From Microvirga sp. (lineage in GTDB: Bacteria; Pseudomonadota; Alphaproteobacteria; Rhizobiales; Beijerinckiaceae): a stretch of 34,915 nucleotides of DNA. The stretch covers positions 1-34,915 of the forward strand of contig DATHAU010000368.1 in the NCBI GenBank assembly GCA_035296545.1, written 5' to 3'. A model generated the notes under the pieces. The model saw nothing but the letters and a program-made list of their open reading frames with translations. It was not told where the DNA came from and made no database searches. This document shows, in pieces, positions 27,743 to 34,915 of this stretch (its first letter is position 1; every line of letters starts with the position of its first letter). The position numbers were made by a program, and so were the translations under genes.

Positions 27743-28758
27743 GTGACGCCGTCCTTCGTGTCAAAGACCTCCAGACGCAGTTTCAGACGAGGACAGGCGT
27801 TCTCAAGGCCGTCGACGGCGTGAGTTTCGAGGTGGGACGCGGCCGCATCCTCGGACTTGTCGGCGAGTCGGGCTCCGGCAAGAGCGTGACGGGCTACTCG
27901 ATCCTGGGCCTGATCGAAGCGCCCGGAAAGATCGCGGGCGGCGAAGTGATCCTGAATGGCCGGGACATCACCAAGCTGAAGGGCGAGGCGATGCGCCAGG
28001 TCAGGGGCGCCCAGATCGCCATGGTGTTCCAGGACCCGATGATGACGCTCAACCCGGTTCTCAAGATCGGCACGCAGATGATCGCGGCCGTGCAGGCGCA
28101 TGACAGGGTCTCACGGAAAGCTGCCCGTGGAAGGGCCCGGGACGCGCTCGCCAAGGTGGGCATTCCAAGCCCGGAGGAGCGCCTCGATACCTATCCGCAC
28201 CAGCTCTCCGGCGGCATGCGCCAAAGGGTGGCCATTGCGATTGCTCTCCTGCACAGCCCGGCCGTCATCATTGCCGACGAGCCGACGACGGCGCTCGATG
28301 TCTCGATCCAGGCGCAGATCCTCGCCGAGGTGCGCCGCCTCGCGGACGAGACCGGCACGGCCTTCATCTGGGTCACGCATGATCTTGCCGTGGTGTCGAG
28401 CCTCGCCGACGACATCTGCGTCATGTATGCGGGCCGCGTAGTCGAGAGCGGTTCCGCCGCCGACGTGATCGCTTCGCCGCGCCATCCCTATACCGCGGGG
28501 CTCCTGGCGTCCGTGCCTGCCGAGCACGAGCCCGGGACGAGGCTTCCGCAGGTCCCTGGGTCGACGCCCTCCCTTGCCAACCTTCCCGTCGGCTGCGCCT
28601 TCGCGCCCCGCTGTCCCAAAGCCGGCCCGGCCTGCACCACGACGCCACCTGTCCGGCATTTCGAAGACGGACGCACCGCCCTCTGCCATTATCCCATCGA
28701 GCCCGTTTCATGCCAGCCGCTCTCCTTGACATCGACCACGTATCGAAGCGCTTCGTAA
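27739..28758 (+). CDS. Peptide ABC transporter ATP-binding protein (DppD/OppD-like)
   Basis: GESGSGKS, FQDPM..LNP, YPHQLSGGMRQR, IADEPTTALD, HPYT, GCAFAPRC. Confidence 0.94.
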   Translation: MSDAVLRVKDLQTQFQTRTGVLKAVDGVSFEVGRGRILGLVGESGSGKSVTGYSILGLIEAPGKIAGGEVILNGRDITKLKGEAMRQVRGAQIAMVFQDPMMTLNPVLKIGTQMIAAVQAHDRVSRKAARGRARDALAKVGIPSPEERLDTYPHQLSGGMRQRVAIAIALLHSPAVIIADEPTTALDVSIQAQILAEVRRLADETGTAFIWVTHDLAVVSSLADDICVMYAGRVVESGSAADVIASPRHPYTAGLLASVPAEHEPGTRLPQVPGSTPSLANLPVGCAFAPRCPKAGPACTTTPPVRHFEDGRTALCHYPIEPVSCQPLSLTSTTYRSAS

Positions 28759-29714
28759 GATACCCGCAGATCGGGGAGCGCATCGCGGCCCTTTTCGGCG
28801 CAGGTCAGAAGAAGGAGGTCGTGCGCGCGGTGACGGACGTCAGCCTGACCGTGAGCAAGGGCGAGGTCGTGGGCCTCGTGGGCGAATCCGGATGCGGCAA
28901 GTCGACGCTCGGGCGCATGGTTGCCGGCATCTACACGCCGAGCGACGGCAAGATCCTGTTCGGCAATGCGCCCGTGGCGAAAGTGCAGGGACGGCGCACG
29001 CAGAAGCTGACGACGCGGGTTCAGATGATTCATCAGGATCCCTTCGCGAGCCTCAATCCGCGCATGCGCATCGGCGATACGGTTTCCGAGGGACCGGTCG
29101 CGCATAGCATCGTCAAGACGCGCGAAGCGGATTCCTATGTGGCGGATATGCTCGGCCGCGTCGGGCTCGATCCGGGCACCCGCAGGCGCTTTCCCCACCA
29201 GTTCTCCGGCGGTCAGCGACAGCGCATCGCCATCGCCCGGGCGCTCGCCATGAAGCCGGACCTCCTGGTGCTCGACGAGCCGGTGGCCTCCCTGGACGTG
29301 TCGATCCAGGCGCAGGTGCTCAATCTCTTCATGGATCTGCGTCAGGACCTCGATCTGACCGGCATCTTCATCAGCCATGATCTTGGGGTGGTGCGGCACG
29401 TCTCAGACCGCGTCGCCATCATGTATCTCGGCCGCATTGTCGAGCTGGCCCCGACCGCAGAACTCTATGCCGAGCCGAACCACCCTTATACCCGCGCCCT
29501 GTTCGAGAGCGTGCCGCGCGTGGGCGTTGGGCGAAAGAACTTTCGCCCGATCGCCGGCGAAATCCCGTCGCCCCTCCATCCGCCGAGCGGATGCCACTTC
29601 CATCCCCGGTGTCCTTTTGCGGGCCCTCGCTGCAAGCAGGAGGCGCCTCCCCTGGCCGCCATCGGGCCTGGCCGCTTCTCGGCCTGCCATCTCAACACGG
29701 GCGGAACCGGCTGA
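28710..29714 (+). CDS. Peptide ABC transporter ATP-binding protein (DppF/OppF-like)
   Basis: [52 protein letters not shown]. Confidence 0.94.
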   Translation: MPAALLDIDHVSKRFVRYPQIGERIAALFGAGQKKEVVRAVTDVSLTVSKGEVVGLVGESGCGKSTLGRMVAGIYTPSDGKILFGNAPVAKVQGRRTQKLTTRVQMIHQDPFASLNPRMRIGDTVSEGPVAHSIVKTREADSYVADMLGRVGLDPGTRRRFPHQFSGGQRQRIAIARALAMKPDLLVLDEPVASLDVSIQAQVLNLFMDLRQDLDLTGIFISHDLGVVRHVSDRVAIMYLGRIVELAPTAELYAEPNHPYTRALFESVPRVGVGRKNFRPIAGEIPSPLHPPSGCHFHPRCPFAGPRCKQEAPPLAAIGPGRFSACHLNTGGTG

Positions 29715-29783
29715 TCCGAAGCCCTTTGCCAACCGCCATTCCAGGGCAGACCGGCTCCCGCTTTTCCAAGAAGGCTCCAGGAC

Positions 29784-31307
29784 ATGACCCAGCAGGCACC
29801 TCTCACGGCGCTCAATGAGCGCATCGCCGCCGTCAACGATGTGTTGAACGCAGCATCCGTCCTGATCTGGGATTCCCGCACCATGATGCCCGCCGGGGGA
29901 GCCGAAACGCGCGGCTGCCAGATCGCCACGTTGACCCGTGTCGCGCGCGATCTGCTCCTCGCCTCCGAAACCGAGACGGCGCTCGACGAGGCCGAGCGCG
30001 GGATCGAAGGGCTACCGGAGGACTCCCCCGAACGGCGGATCGTGCTGCAGACAAGGCACGCCATCGAACACCACCGCCGCGTCCCTGCCTCTTTGATCCA
30101 GGCGCGGGCCGCCCTGCGCACGGTTGCGCAAGCGGCCTGGATCGAGGCGCGGTCGAAAAGCGACTTTTCCATTTTCGCCCCCCATCTTGCCAGAACCCTC
30201 GCGTTGTCGCGGGACTATGCCGACTGCATCGGCTGGAGCGGGCATCCCTATGACGCCATGGTGTCCATCTACGAACCGGGCGAAACGGCAGCGAGCCTCA
30301 AGAGCCTGTTCGCGAGCCTTCGCGCCGGGCTGCTTCCGGTCCTTGATGCGGCAAGGTCGCAGCCTGCGCCACGATCGGATTTCCTGTTCCGCGACTTCCC
30401 GGAGGAGGGCCAGCGCGCCTTCGGGCTGAGCCTCTCCGAAAAACTCGGCTACGATCTCCAGCGCGGGCGCCTCGATACCACGGTTCATCCATTCGAGGTG
30501 TCGTTCACCCGCAATGATGTCCGGATCACCACTCGATACAACCGCAATTACCTTCCGGCTTCCATCTTCGGCACCGCCCACGAAACCGGGCACGGGCTCT
30601 ATGAGCAGGGCGTCGATCCCGCCCATACGCGAACGACCCTGGCGACCGATCTGGTGGGGCTCTACGCAGTAGGCGGCACAAGCTTCGGCGCCCATGAGTC
30701 CCAGTCTCGACTCTGGGAGAACCACATCGTACGCAGCCGCACATTCTGGCGGCTGCACTTTTCCGACCTCCAGGGCTATTTCCCGGATCAGCTCGGCGAC
30801 GTCGACGCCGAGGAATTCTACCGCGCCGTCACACGTGTCGTGCCCGGCTTCATCCGGGTTGAAGCGGATGAACTCACCTATGACCTGCACATCATGCTGC
30901 GGGTCGAGATCGAGAGCGCCCTCATGGACGGCTCGCTCCCTGTGGCGGACCTGCCCGGCGCCTGGAATGCCCTGATCAAGCGGGATCTCGATCTCGACAT
31001 TCCGGACGATGCACGCGGGGTGCTGCAGGACGTGCACTGGTCGACCGGGTATATCGGGTCGTTCCCCACCTATACCATCGGCAACGTGATGGCCGCTCAG
31101 GTCATGGAGACTCTGCGGACGCAAAACCAGGCTCTCGATGCCGCAATCGAGGCCGGGAAGTATGGGGTGCTGGCCGAGGAGCTCCGAACCAGGATCTGGC
31201 AGCATGGGCGCCGGTTCGACAGGGACGAACTGCTGGAAAGGGTCACGGGGCGGCGTCTCGATCCCAAGCCCTACCTCGCATACCTGGCAGGCAAGTACGC
31301 CCGGTAG
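29784..31307 (+). CDS. M32 family metallocarboxypeptidase (carboxypeptidase Taq-like)
   Basis: HPF, DVRITTRY, HETGH (HExxH), HESQSR, IRVEADE, GVLQDVHW, FPTY. Confidence 0.93.
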   Translation: MTQQAPLTALNERIAAVNDVLNAASVLIWDSRTMMPAGGAETRGCQIATLTRVARDLLLASETETALDEAERGIEGLPEDSPERRIVLQTRHAIEHHRRVPASLIQARAALRTVAQAAWIEARSKSDFSIFAPHLARTLALSRDYADCIGWSGHPYDAMVSIYEPGETAASLKSLFASLRAGLLPVLDAARSQPAPRSDFLFRDFPEEGQRAFGLSLSEKLGYDLQRGRLDTTVHPFEVSFTRNDVRITTRYNRNYLPASIFGTAHETGHGLYEQGVDPAHTRTTLATDLVGLYAVGGTSFGAHESQSRLWENHIVRSRTFWRLHFSDLQGYFPDQLGDVDAEEFYRAVTRVVPGFIRVEADELTYDLHIMLRVEIESALMDGSLPVADLPGAWNALIKRDLDLDIPDDARGVLQDVHWSTGYIGSFPTYTIGNVMAAQVMETLRTQNQALDAAIEAGKYGVLAEELRTRIWQHGRRFDRDELLERVTGRRLDPKPYLAYLAGKYAR

Positions 31308-31473
31308 GCGTCTTCCCCTAGGTCAGGCCTCCGCACTTCGATGCCCTCCGCCTTGCCCCTGAGCGCCCCTCCCGGTGCCTGGGATCGATCCGTCGGCCCT
31401 TGTTTGAGCGCCATCGCCTTGTGGCAGGCCACCTCATTCCAGTCCCTCGGGAGCGGCAGGGTCATTCCGGATA

Positions 31474-31520
31474 TAGTATAGTCATCATACCACTTTCGGG
31501 CTTGTAATACTAGGAACCAG
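31474..31520. promoter_or_regulatory. Candidate GntR/FadR-type operators upstream of dctP
   Basis: AT-rich island with TAGTAT-N7-ATACCA (31474-31492, imperfect inverted repeat) and a related TTGTAATACTAGGAACCA (31502-31519). Confidence 0.4.
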
Positions 31521-31633
31521 CGTCCACACTCGGCGGGTCTCGTCCTCTCCGAGAACCGGGCCGTGCTGGGGCGGTTCCACTCCGCGAGGGCTTAGGGCTG
31601 GCCGGAAAACGAAGATAAAATTCGGAGGGAACT

Positions 31634-32599
31634 ATGAAACGCCTAACTCTTATGCTGTCGACTATCGCCATCGTCAGTCTGTCGGTTGCGGCTCATGCCC
31701 AAACCGTGATCAAGGCCGGCCATGGCGCTCAGGCAGGTCATCCGACCCAGTTCGGTCTTGTGAAGTTCGGAGAGCTTGTTGCAGCCAAGACCGGCGGCAA
31801 GGTCAAGGTGGAGGTCTACCCGGACCGCCAGCTCGGCGAAGAGCGCGAGATGGTGGAAGGGCTGCAGCTCGGCACGGTCGATATGGCCGTGGTCTCCACA
31901 GGCCCGCTCAACGCCTTCGTCCCCCAGGTCGGGGTGATCGACCTTCCTTTCCTCTTCAAGGATTCGCAGCATGCCTACAAGGTGTTGGACGGGGAGGTGG
32001 GACAGGATCTGCTCAAGCGCATGGATGCCAAGGGCATTGTCGGCCTTGCCTGGTGGGAGAACGGCTGGCGGCACCTGACCACCAAGAAGTCGATCAAAGC
32101 GCCGGACGATCTCAAGGGCGTGAAGCTGCGGACCATGCAGAATCCGGTCCATATTGCGGCCTTCAAGCAAATCGGCGCGGCGCCCATTCCCATGGCCTGG
32201 GGCGAGGTGTTCACGAGCCTGGGGCAGGGCGTCATCGACGCGCAGGAGAACCCGGTGACGGTGATCTACACCAATTCCCTATGGGAGGTGCAGAAATACC
32301 TGACCCTTACCGGGCACGTTTACGGGCCTCACGCGGCGATGTTCAGCAAGGTCGCCTGGGACCGACTGAGCCCCGACCAGCAGAAGGCCGTTCGCGAGGC
32401 CATCACCGAGGCCACGGCCTACCAGAGGGAAACCTCCCAGCGGCTTGAGAAGGAGCAGTTGGAGGAGCTCAAAAAGAAGGGCATGGTGGTCGAGACCATC
32501 GATATGACCCCGTTCCGCGCAGCCACCGCCGAGATTGCGTCGAGCCAGAAGAACGTGGATCAGGGCATGCTCGAGAAGATCCGGGCCGCCGGCAACTGA
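31634..32599 (+). CDS. dctP: TRAP transporter substrate-binding protein
   Basis: Signal peptide, YPDRQLGEE, DLPFLF, WENGWR, DLKGVKLR (conserved carboxylate-binding Arg), PMAWGEVFTSL.QGVIDAQENP. GGAGG RBS. Confidence 0.93.
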   Translation: MKRLTLMLSTIAIVSLSVAAHAQTVIKAGHGAQAGHPTQFGLVKFGELVAAKTGGKVKVEVYPDRQLGEEREMVEGLQLGTVDMAVVSTGPLNAFVPQVGVIDLPFLFKDSQHAYKVLDGEVGQDLLKRMDAKGIVGLAWWENGWRHLTTKKSIKAPDDLKGVKLRTMQNPVHIAAFKQIGAAPIPMAWGEVFTSLGQGVIDAQENPVTVIYTNSLWEVQKYLTLTGHVYGPHAAMFSKVAWDRLSPDQQKAVREAITEATAYQRETSQRLEKEQLEELKKKGMVVETIDMTPFRAATAEIASSQKNVDQGMLEKIRAAGN

Positions 32600-32624
32600 T
32601 AACGGCCGCATTTCCTCTCGGTTG

Positions 32625-32649
32625 GGACGCGGCGCTCCTTGCCGCGTCC
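32625..32649 (+). terminator. Stem-loop after dctP
   Basis: GGACGCGGC-N7-GCCGCGTCC, perfect 9-bp stem. Confidence 0.5.
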
Positions 32650-32672
32650 TCCGTTCTCCTGGGGATGTAACA

Positions 32673-33173
32673 ATGATCATTGCCCGCCTATGGGCCTTCA
32701 TCGAGCGCCTTGTCCTGTCGGCCCTCGTGGGCCTGTTTGGCGCAATGGTCGTTGCGTGCACCGCCCAAGTGATTTGGCGCTACCTCTTCAATGACCCTCT
32801 GGTATGGTCGGAGGAACTGGCGCGCTACCTGTTCATCTGGATTTCCTACATCTCCGCGTGGGTTGCCTGGAAGAACCGCTCGCACATTGCGTTGGATGCG
32901 GTGACCTATCTCAATTCCCAGGCCATGAACGCTTGGACCAGCCGCGTCGTTGAAGTGCTGGTGCTCGGCTACTGCCTTTACACTCTCCTTGCGAGCTTCC
33001 GGATCGTGGGGATCACCCACTCGCAGCCGTCGGCAGTGCTCGAACTACCCATGAGCGTCGTCTATGCCGGGTACTCGGCCATGACTCTTCTGATCGCCGG
33101 CGACATCGTCGTCGGGTGGCTCAGCGGGACGCGCCGGGAAGCAGCCACCCAAACACTCGCGTCCGAGGTCTGA
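32673..33173 (+). CDS. dctQ: TRAP transporter small permease
   Basis: QVIWRYLFNDPLVWSEELARYLFIW, SHIALD, four TM segments. ATG 32673 preferred to the 32535 start. Confidence 0.9.
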   Translation: MIIARLWAFIERLVLSALVGLFGAMVVACTAQVIWRYLFNDPLVWSEELARYLFIWISYISAWVAWKNRSHIALDAVTYLNSQAMNAWTSRVVEVLVLGYCLYTLLASFRIVGITHSQPSAVLELPMSVVYAGYSAMTLLIAGDIVVGWLSGTRREAATQTLASEV

Positions 33174-33175
33174 TC

Positions 33176-34450
33176 ATGGCGACCGTGCTGCTCGTCGGCT
33201 TTGCCCTCCTGCTCCTGATCAACGTCCCCGTCTCCTTCGCGCTGGCCATCGCATCGCTGGGGGCGCTCGTCTATGGCGGGCTGCCGGTCACCCTGGTGGT
33301 TCAGAAGATGACCGCCTCCATGGACAGCTTCGTGCTTCTGGCCGTGCCCTTCTTTCTCCTGTCCGGGCACCTGATGGGGCGCAGCGGCATCGCTAAGGAC
33401 ATCGTGGATTTTGCCGATTCCGTCGTCGGCTGGCTGCGGGGCGGCCTGGCTCACGCCAATATCGCCTCCGGCACCCTGATGGGCGGCATGACCGGATCCG
33501 CCGTGGCTGAAGCCTCGTCGACGGGCGGCGCTTTGATCCCGCCGATGATTGCGAAGGGCTATGATGCGCCTTTCACCGCCGCTGTCACTGCCAGCGCATC
33601 AACCATCGCGGTGATGATTCCTCCCTCGATCCCAATGATCATTTTTGCCGTGGTGACCGGGGTGTCCGTGAGCGACCTGTTCATCGGTGGAGTCATTCCG
33701 GGAATCATCATGGCGCTTGCCCTAATGATCACGTCCTGGCTTCTCGCCGTCAGCCGCGGCTATCCGAAGGGCCCCCGACCGTCGCTGAGCAGCATCGGCC
33801 GCGCCGCGCGGGCAAGCATCTGGGGGCTGTTCATGCCGCTGGTGATCATCGGCTCGATCCGCTACGGGATCGCGACCCCGACCGAGGCGTCGGTCGTGGC
33901 TGTGCTCTATGCGCTTTTCGTCGGCCGCTACGTCTATCGCACCATCGCATGGAGCGACATTCCGGGGATCATCCGCGAGACGGCCATCACCAACGGCGTC
34001 GTCATGCTGATGATCGCTGCGGCGTCCCTCTATGGCCTGATCGTGACCCGCGAACAGATCCCGCAGGCTGCCGCTCAGATGATCATGGATATCACCCGGG
34101 ATCCCTATCTCGTTCTCATCCTGATCCTTGGAGTCTATCTGATCGCCGGCATGTTCCTGGACCTCGGCGCCAATGTCATCATCCTGGTGCCGGTGCTGTG
34201 GCCGTTGATCAGGAGCCTGCAGATCGATCCGGTGCAGTTCGGCATCGTCACTGTCCTGGGACTCTCGATCGGGCTGATCACCCCGCCGGTCGGAGCCAGC
34301 CTGTTCGTGACCTGCGGCATCGCGAAAACGAATCTTTTGGATGGCAGCAAGGCTGTGCTGCCCTTCGTTGCTGCATTGATCCTGGTGACGCTTCTGATCA
34401 TCTTCTTCCCAGGAATCGCAACCTGGCTTCCCTATAGTGCCAAAAGCTGA
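33176..34450 (+). CDS. dctM: TRAP transporter large permease
   Basis: LLAVPFFLLSG, GGMTGSAVA, MIPPSIPMI, TPTEAS, IGLITPPVG, many TM segments. ATG 33176 directly follows the dctQ stop. Confidence 0.93.
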   Translation: MATVLLVGFALLLLINVPVSFALAIASLGALVYGGLPVTLVVQKMTASMDSFVLLAVPFFLLSGHLMGRSGIAKDIVDFADSVVGWLRGGLAHANIASGTLMGGMTGSAVAEASSTGGALIPPMIAKGYDAPFTAAVTASASTIAVMIPPSIPMIIFAVVTGVSVSDLFIGGVIPGIIMALALMITSWLLAVSRGYPKGPRPSLSSIGRAARASIWGLFMPLVIIGSIRYGIATPTEASVVAVLYALFVGRYVYRTIAWSDIPGIIRETAITNGVVMLMIAAASLYGLIVTREQIPQAAAQMIMDITRDPYLVLILILGVYLIAGMFLDLGANVIILVPVLWPLIRSLQIDPVQFGIVTVLGLSIGLITPPVGASLFVTCGIAKTNLLDGSKAVLPFVAALILVTLLIIFFPGIATWLPYSAKS

Positions 34451-34618
34451 TCGAAGGTACGTTTAGGAAGGGCGTGTCCGGCGAGCGCTGAAGCCCATGG
34501 CGCGTCCTGGAAGGCGACTCTTCAAGCGTCCGACAATAGCCCGAGGAGCAAACAAGCACCTCTAGCTTATCCGCAAACGGAGCTGCGGAACTGAAATGCG
34601 CAGGCGGGAGAGCATGTC

Positions 34619-34915
34619 TTGACAGACCCAGTTCGCATCGAAGCCGATTACCTCATCGAAACCGCATTTGACCCGCGTGAAGCAGCCGAGGCCATGGCTG
34701 GCGAGCAATCCAGCGGAACTTTCGTCCCTGTTCCTGGCGAGACCCCGGAGCTGAAGGAGCGGGCGGCGGCGCGGATCAAGGCCTTGGAGGTTCTCGATGA
34801 CGTCGTGGCGCAGCCTTCGCTGCCGGGCTCCGGGAGCCCGAAGGGCATGACGGAGCCCACACACCGGCGGGCTTTCGTGACGCTCTCCTGGCCGCTGGAC
34901 AACATCGGACCGTCG
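34619..34915 (+). CDS. RuBisCO-like protein (form IV RLP), N-terminal part, 3'-truncated by the window edge
   Basis: Not in the ORF track. Manual translation from TTG 34619 (GGGAGAG RBS upstream): MTDPVRIEADYLIETAFDPREAAEAMAGEQSSGTFVPVPGETPELKERAAARIKALEV...PSLPG...RRAFVTLSWPLDNIGPS. The AGEQSSGTF motif corresponds to RuBisCO AAESSTGTW. Confidence 0.85.
   Translation, partial: MTDPVRIEADYLIETAFDPREAAEAMAGEQSSGTFVPVPGETPELKERAAARIKALEVLDDVVAQPSLPGSGSPKGMTEPTHRRAFVTLSWPLDNIGPS

Noticed and set aside
28710-28758. 49-nt overlap between the two peptide ABC ATPase genes
   Set aside because: Only a short C-terminal run-on of DppD past the DppF ATG; both proteins are complete, so no frameshift or recoding is needed.
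34562-34905. Minus-strand ORFs at the window end
   Set aside because: Antisense to the RuBisCO-like gene on the plus strand.

Overview
High-GC window that reads as accessory catabolic DNA from an alphaproteobacterium, probably Hyphomicrobiales (Microvirga/Methylobacterium-like; inferred from protein styles, not proven). I see no rRNA, tRNA, CRISPR array or mobile element. There are about 33 CDSs in four blocks. (1) 882-9165: a GntR/FCD regulator divergent from an operon with two enolase-superfamily enzymes with non-canonical catalytic residues, a PhyH-type Fe(II)/2OG dioxygenase and a complete sugar ABC transporter. (2) 9238-17042: a mosaic with an HU-like ORF reading in frame into malonyl-CoA synthetase (probable TGA->CGA stop loss), an exported cyclase-family hydrolase, an aminotransferase + RraA/HMG-aldolase pair, a VOC protein, a SAF-domain dehydrogenase and a secreted hypothetical protein. 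(3) 17566-31307: a divergent 13-gene locus. One arm is GntR, creatininase, ketopantoate-reductase-like, SDR, CE4 deacetylase, DmpA and IaaA; the other is a Dpp/Opp transporter plus M32 carboxypeptidase. It looks like an uncharacterised pathway for importing and dismantling a modified peptide. (4) 31634-end: TRAP dctPQM followed by the N-terminus of a RuBisCO-like protein (form IV) that the ORF track missed. Substrates of the pathways cannot be read from sequence alone.
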